Below, in pieces: positions 9,836-19,259 of a stretch of DNA of 64,000 bases. The translations under genes were made by a program, and so were the position numbers. The stretch comes from Planctomycetota bacterium (GTDB lineage: Bacteria; Planctomycetota; UBA8108; SXIK01), in contig CBDCXR010000004.1 of the NCBI GenBank assembly GCA_965223845.1, positions 5,728,001-5,792,000 on the forward strand, read 5' to 3'. The notes beneath the pieces are model-generated. The model did not search any database. It worked only from the letters and a program-made list of their open reading frames with translations, and had not been told where the DNA came from. How positions within the stretch are numbered: the first letter of the stretch is position 1; every line of letters starts with the position of its first letter.

Positions 9836-10672
9836 ATGCGCAACGTACTCGTCAGCATTGACCAAGTCCTCCGCGGCACCTTCACCCGGCGCGAGTCGCT
9901 CTCGCGCGGCGAGGTCGGAATCTCCTTCGGCGTCCTGCTCGGTTCGACGATCGCGCTCGGTGCGATCTACGGCCTATTCATGGGCCTCTACGGAATCCTT
10001 CGCACGCTGAATCCCACGCCGCTTCAGCTTCTGGCGTCGGTCGCGAAGATCCCGCTCCTCTTCATTCTCACCCTCGGCGTCACGTTCCCGTCGCTCTACG
10101 TTTTTTCGGCGCTCCTCGGAAGCCCTCTTCGATTCTCGCAGTGCCTTCGGCTTCTTCTCATCGGGATCGTCGTCAACCTCGCTCTCCTCGCGAGCTTCGG
10201 CCCGGTCGTCGGGTTTTTTACGCTCAGCACGGAGAGCTATCCGTTCATGGTGGTTCTCAACGTCGTCTTCTGCGGCGTCGCTGGAATCGCAGGCCTCATT
10301 TTCATGTACCGCGCACTCGACGCCGCGCTCGACTCGGCATTGCTCGAGAGCCGAGACTCTGCGGCCGAGCCCACCGAGTCGCCGGGAACCGTCGACCCGG
10401 ACGAGTCCTCCCCGAGTGAGGACGCCCCGGCGAAGAAGGAAGGCGGCGGAAGCTCGATCTACGCCGGCTTCGCGCCGGCTTCGCGGGACGGCCGGGGCCG
10501 CATTCTCTTCGCGATTTGGATGGTGATCTACGGCTGCGTCGGCGCACAGATGGGCTGGGTGCTTCGCCCCTTCATCGGGCATCCCAACATCGAGTTTTCG
10601 TTCTTCCGCGAGCGCACGTCGAACTTCTTCGAGGCGATCTTGATCGCGCTTCGCGAGCTCCTCACCTCATGA
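9836..10672 (+). CDS. Multi-pass membrane protein (uncharacterised family with QxxWxLRPFxGxP motif), paralog 1
   Basis: About 5-6 hydrophobic helices; KIPLLFILTLGVTFPSLYVF and GAQMGWVLRPFIGHP motifs shared with the next gene. Confidence 0.8.
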   Translation: MRNVLVSIDQVLRGTFTRRESLSRGEVGISFGVLLGSTIALGAIYGLFMGLYGILRTLNPTPLQLLASVAKIPLLFILTLGVTFPSLYVFSALLGSPLRFSQCLRLLLIGIVVNLALLASFGPVVGFFTLSTESYPFMVVLNVVFCGVAGIAGLIFMYRALDAALDSALLESRDSAAEPTESPGTVDPDESSPSEDAPAKKEGGGSSIYAGFAPASRDGRGRILFAIWMVIYGCVGAQMGWVLRPFIGHPNIEFSFFRERTSNFFEAILIALRELLTS

Positions 10673-11334
10673 TCCAAGTCGTCGAAGATCTCCTCCGCTC
10701 GGATCGCCGATTCGCGCTTCGGGGAGACAAGGCGCCGCTCATCCTGCTCGCCTTGTGTGTTGCCATCGGCGGGGCGATCTACGGTGCCACGATGGGAGCT
10801 CACGGCGTGATCACCGCGCACGGCGCTCGTCCGCTCCAAGCGCTCTACTCGGCGATCAAGGTCCCTCTTCTCCTCGGGGTGACGACCTTTCTCTGCCTTC
10901 CGAGCTTCTTTGTCCTCAACACGCTCCTCGGGCTCCGTCGCGACTTTCGCCGCGCGCTGCAGGCAATCGTCTCCGGTCAAGCGGTGATGGGCGTCACCCT
11001 CGGAGCGCTCGCGCCGGTCACGATCGTCGCCTATCTCGCGATCGGCGAGTACGTGAACGCGACCATGTTCAACGGAGTGCAGTTCGCCATCGGGGCGTAC
11101 ACGGCGCAAGTCCTCGTCGGTCGTCACTACGGCGAGCTCGTGCGATCGAATCCACGTCATCGGATCGCACGACGAGCGTGGGGGATCCTCTACGTCCTCA
11201 TCGCCATCCAGGCCGCGTGGGTGCTCCGTCCGTTCGTCGGCGCCCCCGGTCTCGAGACCGGTTTCTTTCGCGAAGACGCGTGGACCAACGCGTACGTCCT
11301 CATCGGCGAACGAGTTCTGGATCTCCTCCGGTGA
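10669..11334 (+). CDS. Multi-pass membrane protein, paralog 2
   Basis: ATGA overlap with the upstream stop; KVPLLLGVTTFLCLPSFFVL and IQAAWVLRPFVGAP motifs. Confidence 0.8.
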   Translation: MIQVVEDLLRSDRRFALRGDKAPLILLALCVAIGGAIYGATMGAHGVITAHGARPLQALYSAIKVPLLLGVTTFLCLPSFFVLNTLLGLRRDFRRALQAIVSGQAVMGVTLGALAPVTIVAYLAIGEYVNATMFNGVQFAIGAYTAQVLVGRHYGELVRSNPRHRIARRAWGILYVLIAIQAAWVLRPFVGAPGLETGFFREDAWTNAYVLIGERVLDLLR

Positions 11335-11453
11335 GCGCGCGGTCGGGCCGGAAGCCCCCGCCCGGAAGGGCCACCGGCGAAACCTGGGCCCCCTAACACT
11401 TCCCGCCCTCAGCGGAACGGCGGAGATGTCTGAGCGAACCGAGGCTTGCGCGC

Positions 11454-11482
11454 TTGCCGCGCCGAACCTGGTGCGCTATCGT
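11454..11482 (+). promoter_or_regulatory. Candidate sigma70-type promoter
   Basis: TTGCCG-17 nt-TATCGT about 70 nt upstream of the 11554 start. Confidence 0.35.
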
Positions 11483-11553
11483 CGTACCGGGTCATCCCCT
11501 CTCTAAAGAGCAGCGATTTGGGTGTCGCAATCATGGGCGAAAGGAGTATCGCT

Positions 11554-12381
11554 ATGCACAGAACGTCTCTGGGCGGACCTCTCCGGTTCGCTGTATGCCT
11601 CGCGGCTGCCGTGCTCGTGACGGCCGCCGTCCAGGCTCAGAACTCGATCGGCGTCAGCTTTTCGAGCGACCGGGGTTTTCCCGACTCCGCGCTCGCAGCC
11701 GACGACGTCGCCGGTGTCGTTCCCCAGTCGAACTGGAACGTGAACGACGGCGGAGCCGATGCGGCGGCCGCGGCGAGCGGAACGACTGCAGACATCACCG
11801 GGCCGAACGCGATGTCGCTCACGGACAGCACCGGCGCGGCGACCGGAGCGACGGTCGAGTGGGCGTCGAACGGTACGTGGAATACCACGAACGGAACCGC
11901 GACGGGCGATGCGAAGCTGATGAACGGCTACATCGACGCGATCGGCGCGGATTTCTTCTGCGACGTCACGATCGACAACATCCCCTACGAGAACTACAAC
12001 GTCATCGTCTACATCGGTTCGGACGGCAACGGTCGCACGGGCTGGGTGACGAACGGAGCGTCGACCTACTCGTACGCCACGTTCTCGAACGATCCGTCGG
12101 GTGGCGGTGGATTCACCGACGCCGACTACGTGCAGACGACGGACACGGGGAACGCTCACCCGAACGCCAACTATGCGACGTTCTTCGGTCAGTCGAGCAG
12201 CGTGACGATCGAGATCATCCGCGGGTCCAACAACTCGGGAATCCACGGAATTCAGATCGTCGAAGCGGACGGGCCGCCGTCGGTTCCGCTCTCGCCCTAT
12301 CCCTTCCTCGCCGTGTTCCTCCTCGGCGGGATCTGGGCGCTTCGCCGGAGATCGGTGAAGCTCGCGAGGAGCTCGGCCTAG
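11554..12381 (+). CDS. Secreted beta-rich protein with C-terminal exosortase-type sorting signal
   Basis: AAGGAG RBS; signal peptide ending AVQA; T/G/N/D-rich body; C-terminal SVPLSPY + TM helix + RRR. Confidence 0.78.
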   Translation: MHRTSLGGPLRFAVCLAAAVLVTAAVQAQNSIGVSFSSDRGFPDSALAADDVAGVVPQSNWNVNDGGADAAAAASGTTADITGPNAMSLTDSTGAATGATVEWASNGTWNTTNGTATGDAKLMNGYIDAIGADFFCDVTIDNIPYENYNVIVYIGSDGNGRTGWVTNGASTYSYATFSNDPSGGGGFTDADYVQTTDTGNAHPNANYATFFGQSSSVTIEIIRGSNNSGIHGIQIVEADGPPSVPLSPYPFLAVFLLGGIWALRRRSVKLARSSA

Positions 12382-12423
12382 CTCAGGCTTGATCGCGCGC
12401 TCGACCGGCGCGCGGTCTAAGCG

Positions 12424-12464
12424 AAAGCCCGAGGATCGTGTGAAGCGATCCTCGGGCTTTTTTT
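12424..12464 (+). terminator. Rho-independent terminator
   Basis: Perfect 15-bp stem AAAGCCCGAGGATCG / CGATCCTCGGGCTTT, 7-nt loop, followed by a T run; between convergent genes. Confidence 0.88.
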
Positions 12465-12520
12465 CGTCTCGGCGCCGGTGCCTCGCAACGGATGCGGCGA
12501 GAAGTTCCACCGCCCGCAAG

Positions 12521-15500
12521 TTACGGCTGCGTGAGCTCGACGGCGCCGCGATGATTCCCGGGATGAGATGACGTCGTCCCGTCGGGCCAACGAACGGTGA
12601 TCTTCTGGACCGCAGGCTGTCCGCCGAGGCCGAACGACACATCCGCACTCGACTGCGCGAGGTATCCTCCGCCCGCGTAGACCTCCGCCGAGCGCGTCGA
12701 GCCGCCCTCGAAGTGGACGGTCACTCGCGCACCCGTCGCGCGCAGGTTGCCGTCCCGACCCGCGAGGCGCACGGTGAGTCGCGGCGGACTCGCCGAGACG
12801 GACGACGCCTCGAACGCGACGAGTTCGCCGTTGTTGATTGCGACGACGAAGTCCACCGCGCCGTCCCGGTTGAGGTCGGTGCGAGTGAGGCTCCGCGCGT
12901 CCCCCGGGACGATCAGGCCACTCTCGCGCGGCCACACCGCCGCGAACGTTCCGTCCGCGCTGCCGCGGAGGAGAACGCTCATGCCGCTGTCGTACGGGCC
13001 CGTTTCGAATTGCGGCTGGAAGAAATTCTGCGCGCAGTAGAGATCGAGGTTCCCGTCGCCATCGAAATCGACGAACTCGATCCCGAAGACCGGCGAAAGC
13101 TGAACGAGAGAGGGCAAGGGACGAAACTCGAAGCGCCCTCCGCCGTCGTTCACGAACACTCCGCTCTCGAGCGTGTTCGCTTCGAACCGCCGGGCTTCGT
13201 CGAGACACTTCGGCTCGTAGATCTCCTCGAGGCCCGCGATGGCGAAATCATGGAAGGTCTTGAACTTGTCGCGAAGGTGCGGCATCGCCGCGCTCGAGCA
13301 ACTTCGCCCCCGGATGGGGAAAAGCGTCTCGTTCTCGAACTCCGCTTCGACGAGCCGCTTCGTTCCGTCGCCGGCGTAGTCGCCGTAGTAGAGGAGCACG
13401 GGCTTTTTCGCGGACGCGTGGTACTTGCTGTTGAGTCCCTGGTTTCCGACGGCGTAGTCGGTGTCACCATCCCCGTCGATGTCTCCGGCGGAGATGCTGT
13501 TCCACCAGCCGAGAACGTTGGCGACTCCGGTCTCGGGCGTCGCGTCGACGAGACGTCCCTCTTCGTTCCGGTAGAGCTTCACGGGTCCCCACTCGTGCGT
13601 GACGAGGAGATCGATCCAGCCGTCCGCATCGGCGTCCGACCACACCGCGCTCGTCACGAGCCCCGAGTGAGTCAGCTCGGGCACGACGTCCGGAGCGGCG
13701 TCGACGAAGCGCGGCGAGCCCGGAGTCGATTCGTTCCGGAGGAGATGGCTTCGACCCGACAGCGGATACTCTCCCGGTACGAGTCTCCCTCCGACGAAGA
13801 GATCGAGATCGCCGTCGCGATCGAAATCCGCGGCGCAGACGACGCTCGCCGAGTCGCGCGCGGGGGGCAGCGCCCCCTCCGGCGCCGGTACGAATCGCCC
13901 CGTGCCGTCATTGAGGTAGAGTCGATCGGCGAGCTGGGGTGAGTCCACCTCGTACTCGTAGCTTCCGCTCGCGACGTAGAGATCTTCATCGCCATCGCGA
14001 TCGGCGTCGAAAAAGAGCGCGCCCATGTCTTCCGCGTCGGCGTGGGCTTCGAACGCGGCGCGTGGCGCGACTCGGAATCGCGCGGCTCCGTCGGGCCCGG
14101 GGCCGTCCGCGACGAGCACGGCGCCCGCGCTTCCCCGCCCAGCTCCGATGAAGACGTCATCGTCTCCGTCGCGGTCGACATCCGCCCACGCGACCCCGGG
14201 TCCGAGCTGCGAGTACTTGTTCGGAAGTAGCGGCTGCCGCACAAAATCCTCGTACACCCGTTCGACGTGCCTCACGCCGCGTAGCGCTCGAGAACGAGCG
14301 AAGTGAGGCTTCGCTTCGCCCTCGCGCGGACGCCGCTTCGGTTTCGCGGCCCCCCCCGGCTCCGAAACGATGAAGGCGCGGTCGACCGGGAGATCGGTGA
14401 AGGTCTGCTCGGCGCCGCTCGGCCACTCGATGCGGAGCTCAGTAATCGTTTCTGCCGCGCCGAGCCCGAAGTGAACCTCGGGCTGGTTCGAGGAGAGATA
14501 GCCCGAAACGGGCACCTGCTCGGCAGCGTAGACACCCGAAGCCGTCTTCACGCGTACGTACGCTCCGACGCCCCAACGGTTCTGCGCGCGACCGCGAAGG
14601 CGAACAATCGCAGCGTGCGCGGCAGCGGTCGACTGGTTTCGATAGACGCTCACGGGCTCATCGAGGTTCACGACGACGAGATCGAGGTCCCCGTCGGCGT
14701 CGAGATCGCCGTGTGCCGCCGCGTAACTCATCCCGGTGTGATCGAGCCCCCAAGCCGCGCTCACATCGTCGAATCGCAGATCGCCTCGGTTTCGAAAGGC
14801 GATGTTCTGCTCGCGCTTCGCCGGCAGGTGTTCGTAGAGATCCCAGATGTTCCGGCCGATCAAGAGCTGCTCGCTGAAGGGGACGTCGGAGTTGTTGAAG
14901 TCGCGCGCCGCACCGTTCGAAACGAAGAGGTCGTTCCAGCCGTCGCCGTCGAAATCGCGCAGCTTCGCCGCCCAGGACCAGTCGGTGTTCGCGATGCCGG
15001 AATACACCGCAGACTCGAGAAAACGTCCGGTACCGGTATCGATGTAGAGTGCGTTTCGCATCACTTGGCGCGGCTGCGTCCGTTCGATGACTCGGCGGAA
15101 CTTTCCCATCTCGCCCATGCTCATCTTCGACTTGTAGTGGGTCGTCGCCGCCATATCGAGAACGACGAAGTCGAGCGCGCCGTCTCCGTTCACGTCGCCG
15201 ACGTCCGCCCCCATCGAGAACCACGGAGTGTGCGGAACGACGTTTGCGAGCACGTCGGTGAAACTCCCGTCGCCGTTGTTGCGGTAGAGCTGATCCGGAT
15301 CCGCGAAATCGTTCGCGACGTAGATGTCGGGCCAACCATCGCGGTCATAGTCCCACCACGTGGCTGACAGACCGTAGCCGTGAATCGAGACGCCCGCTTC
15401 TTTCGTTACATCAGTGAATCGCGGCACCCCGTCCGCCCCCGGGCCATCGTTCCTGAGCAGATAGTCCGGACGCGCGACCTCGTCGATCTCGTACTTCTGC

Positions 15501-16309
15501 CCGTCCTTCCTCAGGTAGTAGTACTTCGCGAACTCGGGCTTCACGTACATGAGGCCCGTTCTCGGATCTTGCTCGACGGGCGGAGACGACGGGCGTCCCC
15601 CCTCGCGGTAGTACCGATTCGTGAGCACGAACACGTCGAGGTCGCCGTCACGATCGAAATCGCAGAACGTCGGGAGGAGAGAGGCGTCGGTGAGATCGAG
15701 CCCGGAGCCCTTCGCGCGTTCAGTAAATCGCCCCGATCCGTCGTTCACAAAAAGTTGGTTCGGCGCGTCGTAGTTGCAGACGTAGAGATCGAGATCGCCG
15801 TCGCCGTCGACGTCCGCCATCGCGCCGCCGGTCCCCCATCGGTCTCCTCCACCGACGCCGGCCGCCTCGGTGACGTCTTCGAAGCGGAACGTGTCGCGCT
15901 GGAGGTAGAGACGGTTCGCCTTCGGGCCACTCACGAAGTAGAGATCGGGTCGACGATCTCCGTCGACGTCACCGATCGCGCAACCACCACAGACGAACCC
16001 GGAGTGATAGAGGCGTTTCAGGGGATGGGACGTGTCGATGGGATTGAGAAAATCGACGCCGGAGTCCGCCGGCGCGATGCGCTCGAAGAGAGGCGTTCCG
16101 TCCGGATTCGAAGCCGGTCGCGGCGAAAGAGCGACGATCTCGATCCCGCCGGGATCGTCCTCGTCCGTGCGCGTACAGGACGTCAGCACAACAACGAGCG
16201 CGGCAGATGCGATGCACGCCTTCGCGAAAGGAAAGTCCAGCGACCGATTCGATCGGACGCCCGGCCGATGATTGCGGTAACTTCTGAGCATGTTCCAACC
16301 CGGACTCAC
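12521..16309 (-). CDS. FG-GAP/VCBS repeat protein with two ASPIC/UnbV domains (CRTAC1-like), probable lipoprotein
   Basis: Many DxDGDGDLDL(Y/F)V repeats; two ASPIC-like segments (SGYLSSNQPEVHFGLG...IEWPSG; GGGYLAQSSADVSFGLG...VRWPDG); lipobox VLTSC. Start uncertain. Confidence 0.9.
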   Translation of the reverse strand: MSPGWNMLRSYRNHRPGVRSNRSLDFPFAKACIASAALVVVLTSCTRTDEDDPGGIEIVALSPRPASNPDGTPLFERIAPADSGVDFLNPIDTSHPLKRLYHSGFVCGGCAIGDVDGDRRPDLYFVSGPKANRLYLQRDTFRFEDVTEAAGVGGGDRWGTGGAMADVDGDGDLDLYVCNYDAPNQLFVNDGSGRFTERAKGSGLDLTDASLLPTFCDFDRDGDLDVFVLTNRYYREGGRPSSPPVEQDPRTGLMYVKPEFAKYYYLRKDGQKYEIDEVARPDYLLRNDGPGADGVPRFTDVTKEAGVSIHGYGLSATWWDYDRDGWPDIYVANDFADPDQLYRNNGDGSFTDVLANVVPHTPWFSMGADVGDVNGDGALDFVVLDMAATTHYKSKMSMGEMGKFRRVIERTQPRQVMRNALYIDTGTGRFLESAVYSGIANTDWSWAAKLRDFDGDGWNDLFVSNGAARDFNNSDVPFSEQLLIGRNIWDLYEHLPAKREQNIAFRNRGDLRFDDVSAAWGLDHTGMSYAAAHGDLDADGDLDLVVVNLDEPVSVYRNQSTAAAHAAIVRLRGRAQNRWGVGAYVRVKTASGVYAAEQVPVSGYLSSNQPEVHFGLGAAETITELRIEWPSGAEQTFTDLPVDRAFIVSEPGGAAKPKRRPREGEAKPHFARSRALRGVRHVERVYEDFVRQPLLPNKYSQLGPGVAWADVDRDGDDDVFIGAGRGSAGAVLVADGPGPDGAARFRVAPRAAFEAHADAEDMGALFFDADRDGDEDLYVASGSYEYEVDSPQLADRLYLNDGTGRFVPAPEGALPPARDSASVVCAADFDRDGDLDLFVGGRLVPGEYPLSGRSHLLRNESTPGSPRFVDAAPDVVPELTHSGLVTSAVWSDADADGWIDLLVTHEWGPVKLYRNEEGRLVDATPETGVANVLGWWNSISAGDIDGDGDTDYAVGNQGLNSKYHASAKKPVLLYYGDYAGDGTKRLVEAEFENETLFPIRGRSCSSAAMPHLRDKFKTFHDFAIAGLEEIYEPKCLDEARRFEANTLESGVFVNDGGGRFEFRPLPSLVQLSPVFGIEFVDFDGDGNLDLYCAQNFFQPQFETGPYDSGMSVLLRGSADGTFAAVWPRESGLIVPGDARSLTRTDLNRDGAVDFVVAINNGELVAFEASSVSASPPRLTVRLAGRDGNLRATGARVTVHFEGGSTRSAEVYAGGGYLAQSSADVSFGLGGQPAVQKITVRWPDGTTSSHPGNHRGAVELTQP

Positions 16310-16591
16310 CAGACTCTATTGCACCGCCGCTTCGCTCACCGAATCTGGTGAGAGCTCCGGGCGAAGCGCTGTCGGCGGAACCAGGCCCCGTCGATGCTTT
16401 CGGCTCGATGCGGTCCGAAAATGTAGGCTCCCGATTCGACCCCGGACGGGAGGTGGACTTCGATAGGGTATGCGACCGCTCGGCCCGAGGCCACTTCGGG
16501 CGAGAGGCGAATCGAGCGAGCGCCGGTCGATCCGTGCCGGAGATTCGGTTGGATCTCGCGCCCGCGGCCCGTTCGAGTATCCTGTGCGCCC

Positions 16592-17722
16592 ATGAATGAG
16601 ACCGGGAACCGTCCCACGCGAACCGTCCACCTCAATACCGAGCCGACGTGGCGCGGCGGCGAGCAACAGACGCTCTATCTTCTCGAAGGACTCGTCGCTC
16701 GCGGCCACGAAGTGCTTCTCTGTGCACAGAGGGGAAGCCCTCTCGTCGAGCGAGCGCGCGCCAAGGGGATCGACACGGAGGCGGTTCGGATGCGCGGCGA
16801 GATCGACCCCTTCGCCGTCGCGAGGCTCCGCGGGATCTTCAAACGGTTCCGCCCCGAGATCGTTCACTTTCACACGTCGCACGCGCACACGCTCGGTGTG
16901 GCGGCCGCGGCGCTCCTCGGGCGAAACCGCCCCCGAACGCTGCTCACTCGGCGCGTCGATTTCTCGATTTACCGTCATTCGTTTTTCGGCCTCAACGGGA
17001 TCAAGTACCGGCACGTCGATCACATCGTGGCGATCAGCCGCGCAATCCGCGAGGTGTTGGTCGACGACGGACTCGATCCCGCGGGAATCGATCTCGTTCC
17101 GAGCGGGATCGACACGAGCCGATTCGACGTCGAGCCGACCGATCTCCGGGCGGAGTTCGGGCTTCCCGAAGATACCGTGATCCTCGTCAACGTCGCGTAC
17201 TTCGCGCCGCACAAGGGTCAGACGTATCTCGTCGAGGCAACACCGCGCATCCTCGAAGAGTCACCGAACTGCGCGCTCGTCTTCATCGGAGACGGCGAGT
17301 TGCGCGCAAGCTTGGAAGCGCGAGTTCACGAGCTCGGTGTTTCCGAGCGTGTCTTCTTCGCGGGATTTCGTACCGACGTGCCCGCCGTCCTCAGGGGAAG
17401 CGACATTTGCGTGATGCCGAGCTTCAAGGAAGGACTCGGCACATCCGTCCTCGATGCGCTCTGGTGCGGGCTTCCGGTCGTCGCGGCGGCGACCGGAGGG
17501 ATCCCGGAGATCGTTCATGACGGTGAAAACGGAATTCTCGTGCCCCCGCGCGATTCGGAAGCGCTCGCGAATGCCATTCTCCGCTTGCTGAAGGATCCGG
17601 AAGAGCGGGCGAAGCTCGGACGCGGAGGACCGGCGGTCGTCGAGAGCGGGTATACGGTCGATCAGATGATCGAGGGGAACATCGCGGTCTATCGGCGCAT
17701 GCTCGCAAATTCGCGCGGGTAA
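16592..17722 (+). CDS. Glycosyltransferase family 4 (GT-B)
   Basis: WRGGEQQ, HKGQ, VFFAGFRTDV, EGLGTSVLDAL, GGIPEIVHDGENGILVPP. Confidence 0.93.
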   Translation: MNETGNRPTRTVHLNTEPTWRGGEQQTLYLLEGLVARGHEVLLCAQRGSPLVERARAKGIDTEAVRMRGEIDPFAVARLRGIFKRFRPEIVHFHTSHAHTLGVAAAALLGRNRPRTLLTRRVDFSIYRHSFFGLNGIKYRHVDHIVAISRAIREVLVDDGLDPAGIDLVPSGIDTSRFDVEPTDLRAEFGLPEDTVILVNVAYFAPHKGQTYLVEATPRILEESPNCALVFIGDGELRASLEARVHELGVSERVFFAGFRTDVPAVLRGSDICVMPSFKEGLGTSVLDALWCGLPVVAAATGGIPEIVHDGENGILVPPRDSEALANAILRLLKDPEERAKLGRGGPAVVESGYTVDQMIEGNIAVYRRMLANSRG

Positions 17723-17934
17723 CTTCGCCCGGTCCCGGTCCCGTTCATCAGCTCAGAACGCGAAAACCACCCCCGGCGTTTCCCGGTTCTGCCGAGTTCC
17801 AGGGGCAAACCTGGACGTGACCTCGACCTCCTGCTCACGCTACGATGTCGATTTCCTCGAGCCGTCCGCGGGCGCGAGCGGATCGGGGCGTCGATCTGGG
17901 CCATCTCTCGTCCTGTCGCACTCCGGGGAGCAAC

Positions 17935-18948
17935 ATGCAACGAGACTCTGTCCGCTTACCTCCGTTCGCGAGAACGTCTCCTCTCCTTCTCGTGCTCTCC
18001 GCCGCCGCGTGCGGACCTCTCGATACGACCGCGACTCCGCTGGCGGGCGGTACCGAACCCGAGCTCGTCCTCGAGAGCGGAGCGGGTGAAGGTCCCGCGT
18101 GGCACCCCGACGGATTCCTCCTTTTCAGCGGTCACGGCTCGATCCTCCGTTGGGACGGATCAGCGGATACACCCGAAGTCCTTCGGCAGGGTGCGGGCAC
18201 GAACGGACTGCTCTTCGACCGCAAGGGACGGCTCCTCGCCTGCGAGCCGGGGCAGAGACGCGTCACGCGTACCGATCTCGAGTCGGGCGAAGTTACCGTG
18301 CTCACCGGATCCTTCGGAGGAAAACGCTACAACACACCGAACGACATCACGATCGACGCCGACGGCCGGATCTTTTTCTCCGATCCGCGCTACGGAAGTC
18401 GCGACGGCATGGAACTTCTCGACGCCGACGGGCGAGCGATCGAAGGCGTTTACCGCATCGATCTCGACGGCTCGGTAGCGCGCGTCATCACGCACGAGGT
18501 CGATCGCCCGAACGGCGTCCTCGTGTCGAAAGACGGCCGCTACCTCTTCGTCGCCGACAACAACAACAACGACGTCGGCGGCGCGCGAAAGCTGTGGCGC
18601 TTCGATCTCTCCGCGGGCGAAGTCGACCTCGGCTCGAAGCGCCTCCTCTTCGACTGGCTCTCTTCGCGGGGCCCAGACGGGATGGTTCAGGACGAGCTGG
18701 GAAACCTCTACGTAGCGGGCGGGCTCAACAAAGACAACCTCCCCGCGGAGACCGCCGATCCCTACCGCGGCGGGATCTACGTTTTCACGCCGGGTGGACG
18801 ACGCATCGACTTTGTCGCGATCTCGCGCGACGAGGTGACGAATTGTACGTTCGGCGGGCCGGAACGCCGCACGCTCTACGTGACCGCAGGCGGAACACTT
18901 TGGGCCATAAAAACCCGCGTGCGCGGGTGGCTACCGTGGCCACCGTAG
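17935..18948 (+). CDS. SMP-30/gluconolactonase/LRE family protein, probable lipoprotein
   Basis: GEGPAW, TNGLLFD, NTPNDI, FSDPRY, RPNGV, GPDGM, TNCTFGG; LSAAAC lipobox; GGGAG RBS. Confidence 0.9.
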   Translation: MQRDSVRLPPFARTSPLLLVLSAAACGPLDTTATPLAGGTEPELVLESGAGEGPAWHPDGFLLFSGHGSILRWDGSADTPEVLRQGAGTNGLLFDRKGRLLACEPGQRRVTRTDLESGEVTVLTGSFGGKRYNTPNDITIDADGRIFFSDPRYGSRDGMELLDADGRAIEGVYRIDLDGSVARVITHEVDRPNGVLVSKDGRYLFVADNNNNDVGGARKLWRFDLSAGEVDLGSKRLLFDWLSSRGPDGMVQDELGNLYVAGGLNKDNLPAETADPYRGGIYVFTPGGRRIDFVAISRDEVTNCTFGGPERRTLYVTAGGTLWAIKTRVRGWLPWPP

Positions 18949-19004
18949 TTGAGCGTGGTGTGAGAGGCTTCCGGTGTCTGCAGGCTCGCCGAGCAAGAGA
19001 ATTG

Positions 19005-19188
19005 CACACGAAGAGCGCGAAGGGGATGCGAAGGAAGACGAAGGAAAGATGGGGCGAAATCTCTAGCGCATACACCACCGATGATTCGAAGGTGGACGCT
19101 CCCGCTCCCTCTGCCTCCTCAATCCTCATCCACCTCGTTCTTGCTCTTCCTTCATCTGTCTTCGCATCCCCTTCGCGCTCTTCGTGTG
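19005..19188. repeat. Intergenic element with perfect 29-bp terminal inverted repeats
   Basis: CACACGAAGAGCGCGAAGGGGATGCGAAG (19005-19033) is the exact reverse complement of 19160-19188; 126-nt interior. Confidence 0.9.
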
Positions 19189-19259
19189 AACCTCTTTTTC
19201 GGAATGGATGAGAAGACTACGCTCTGGCGGCGTTCAAGCGCGCTCTCGATCTTCAGCTC

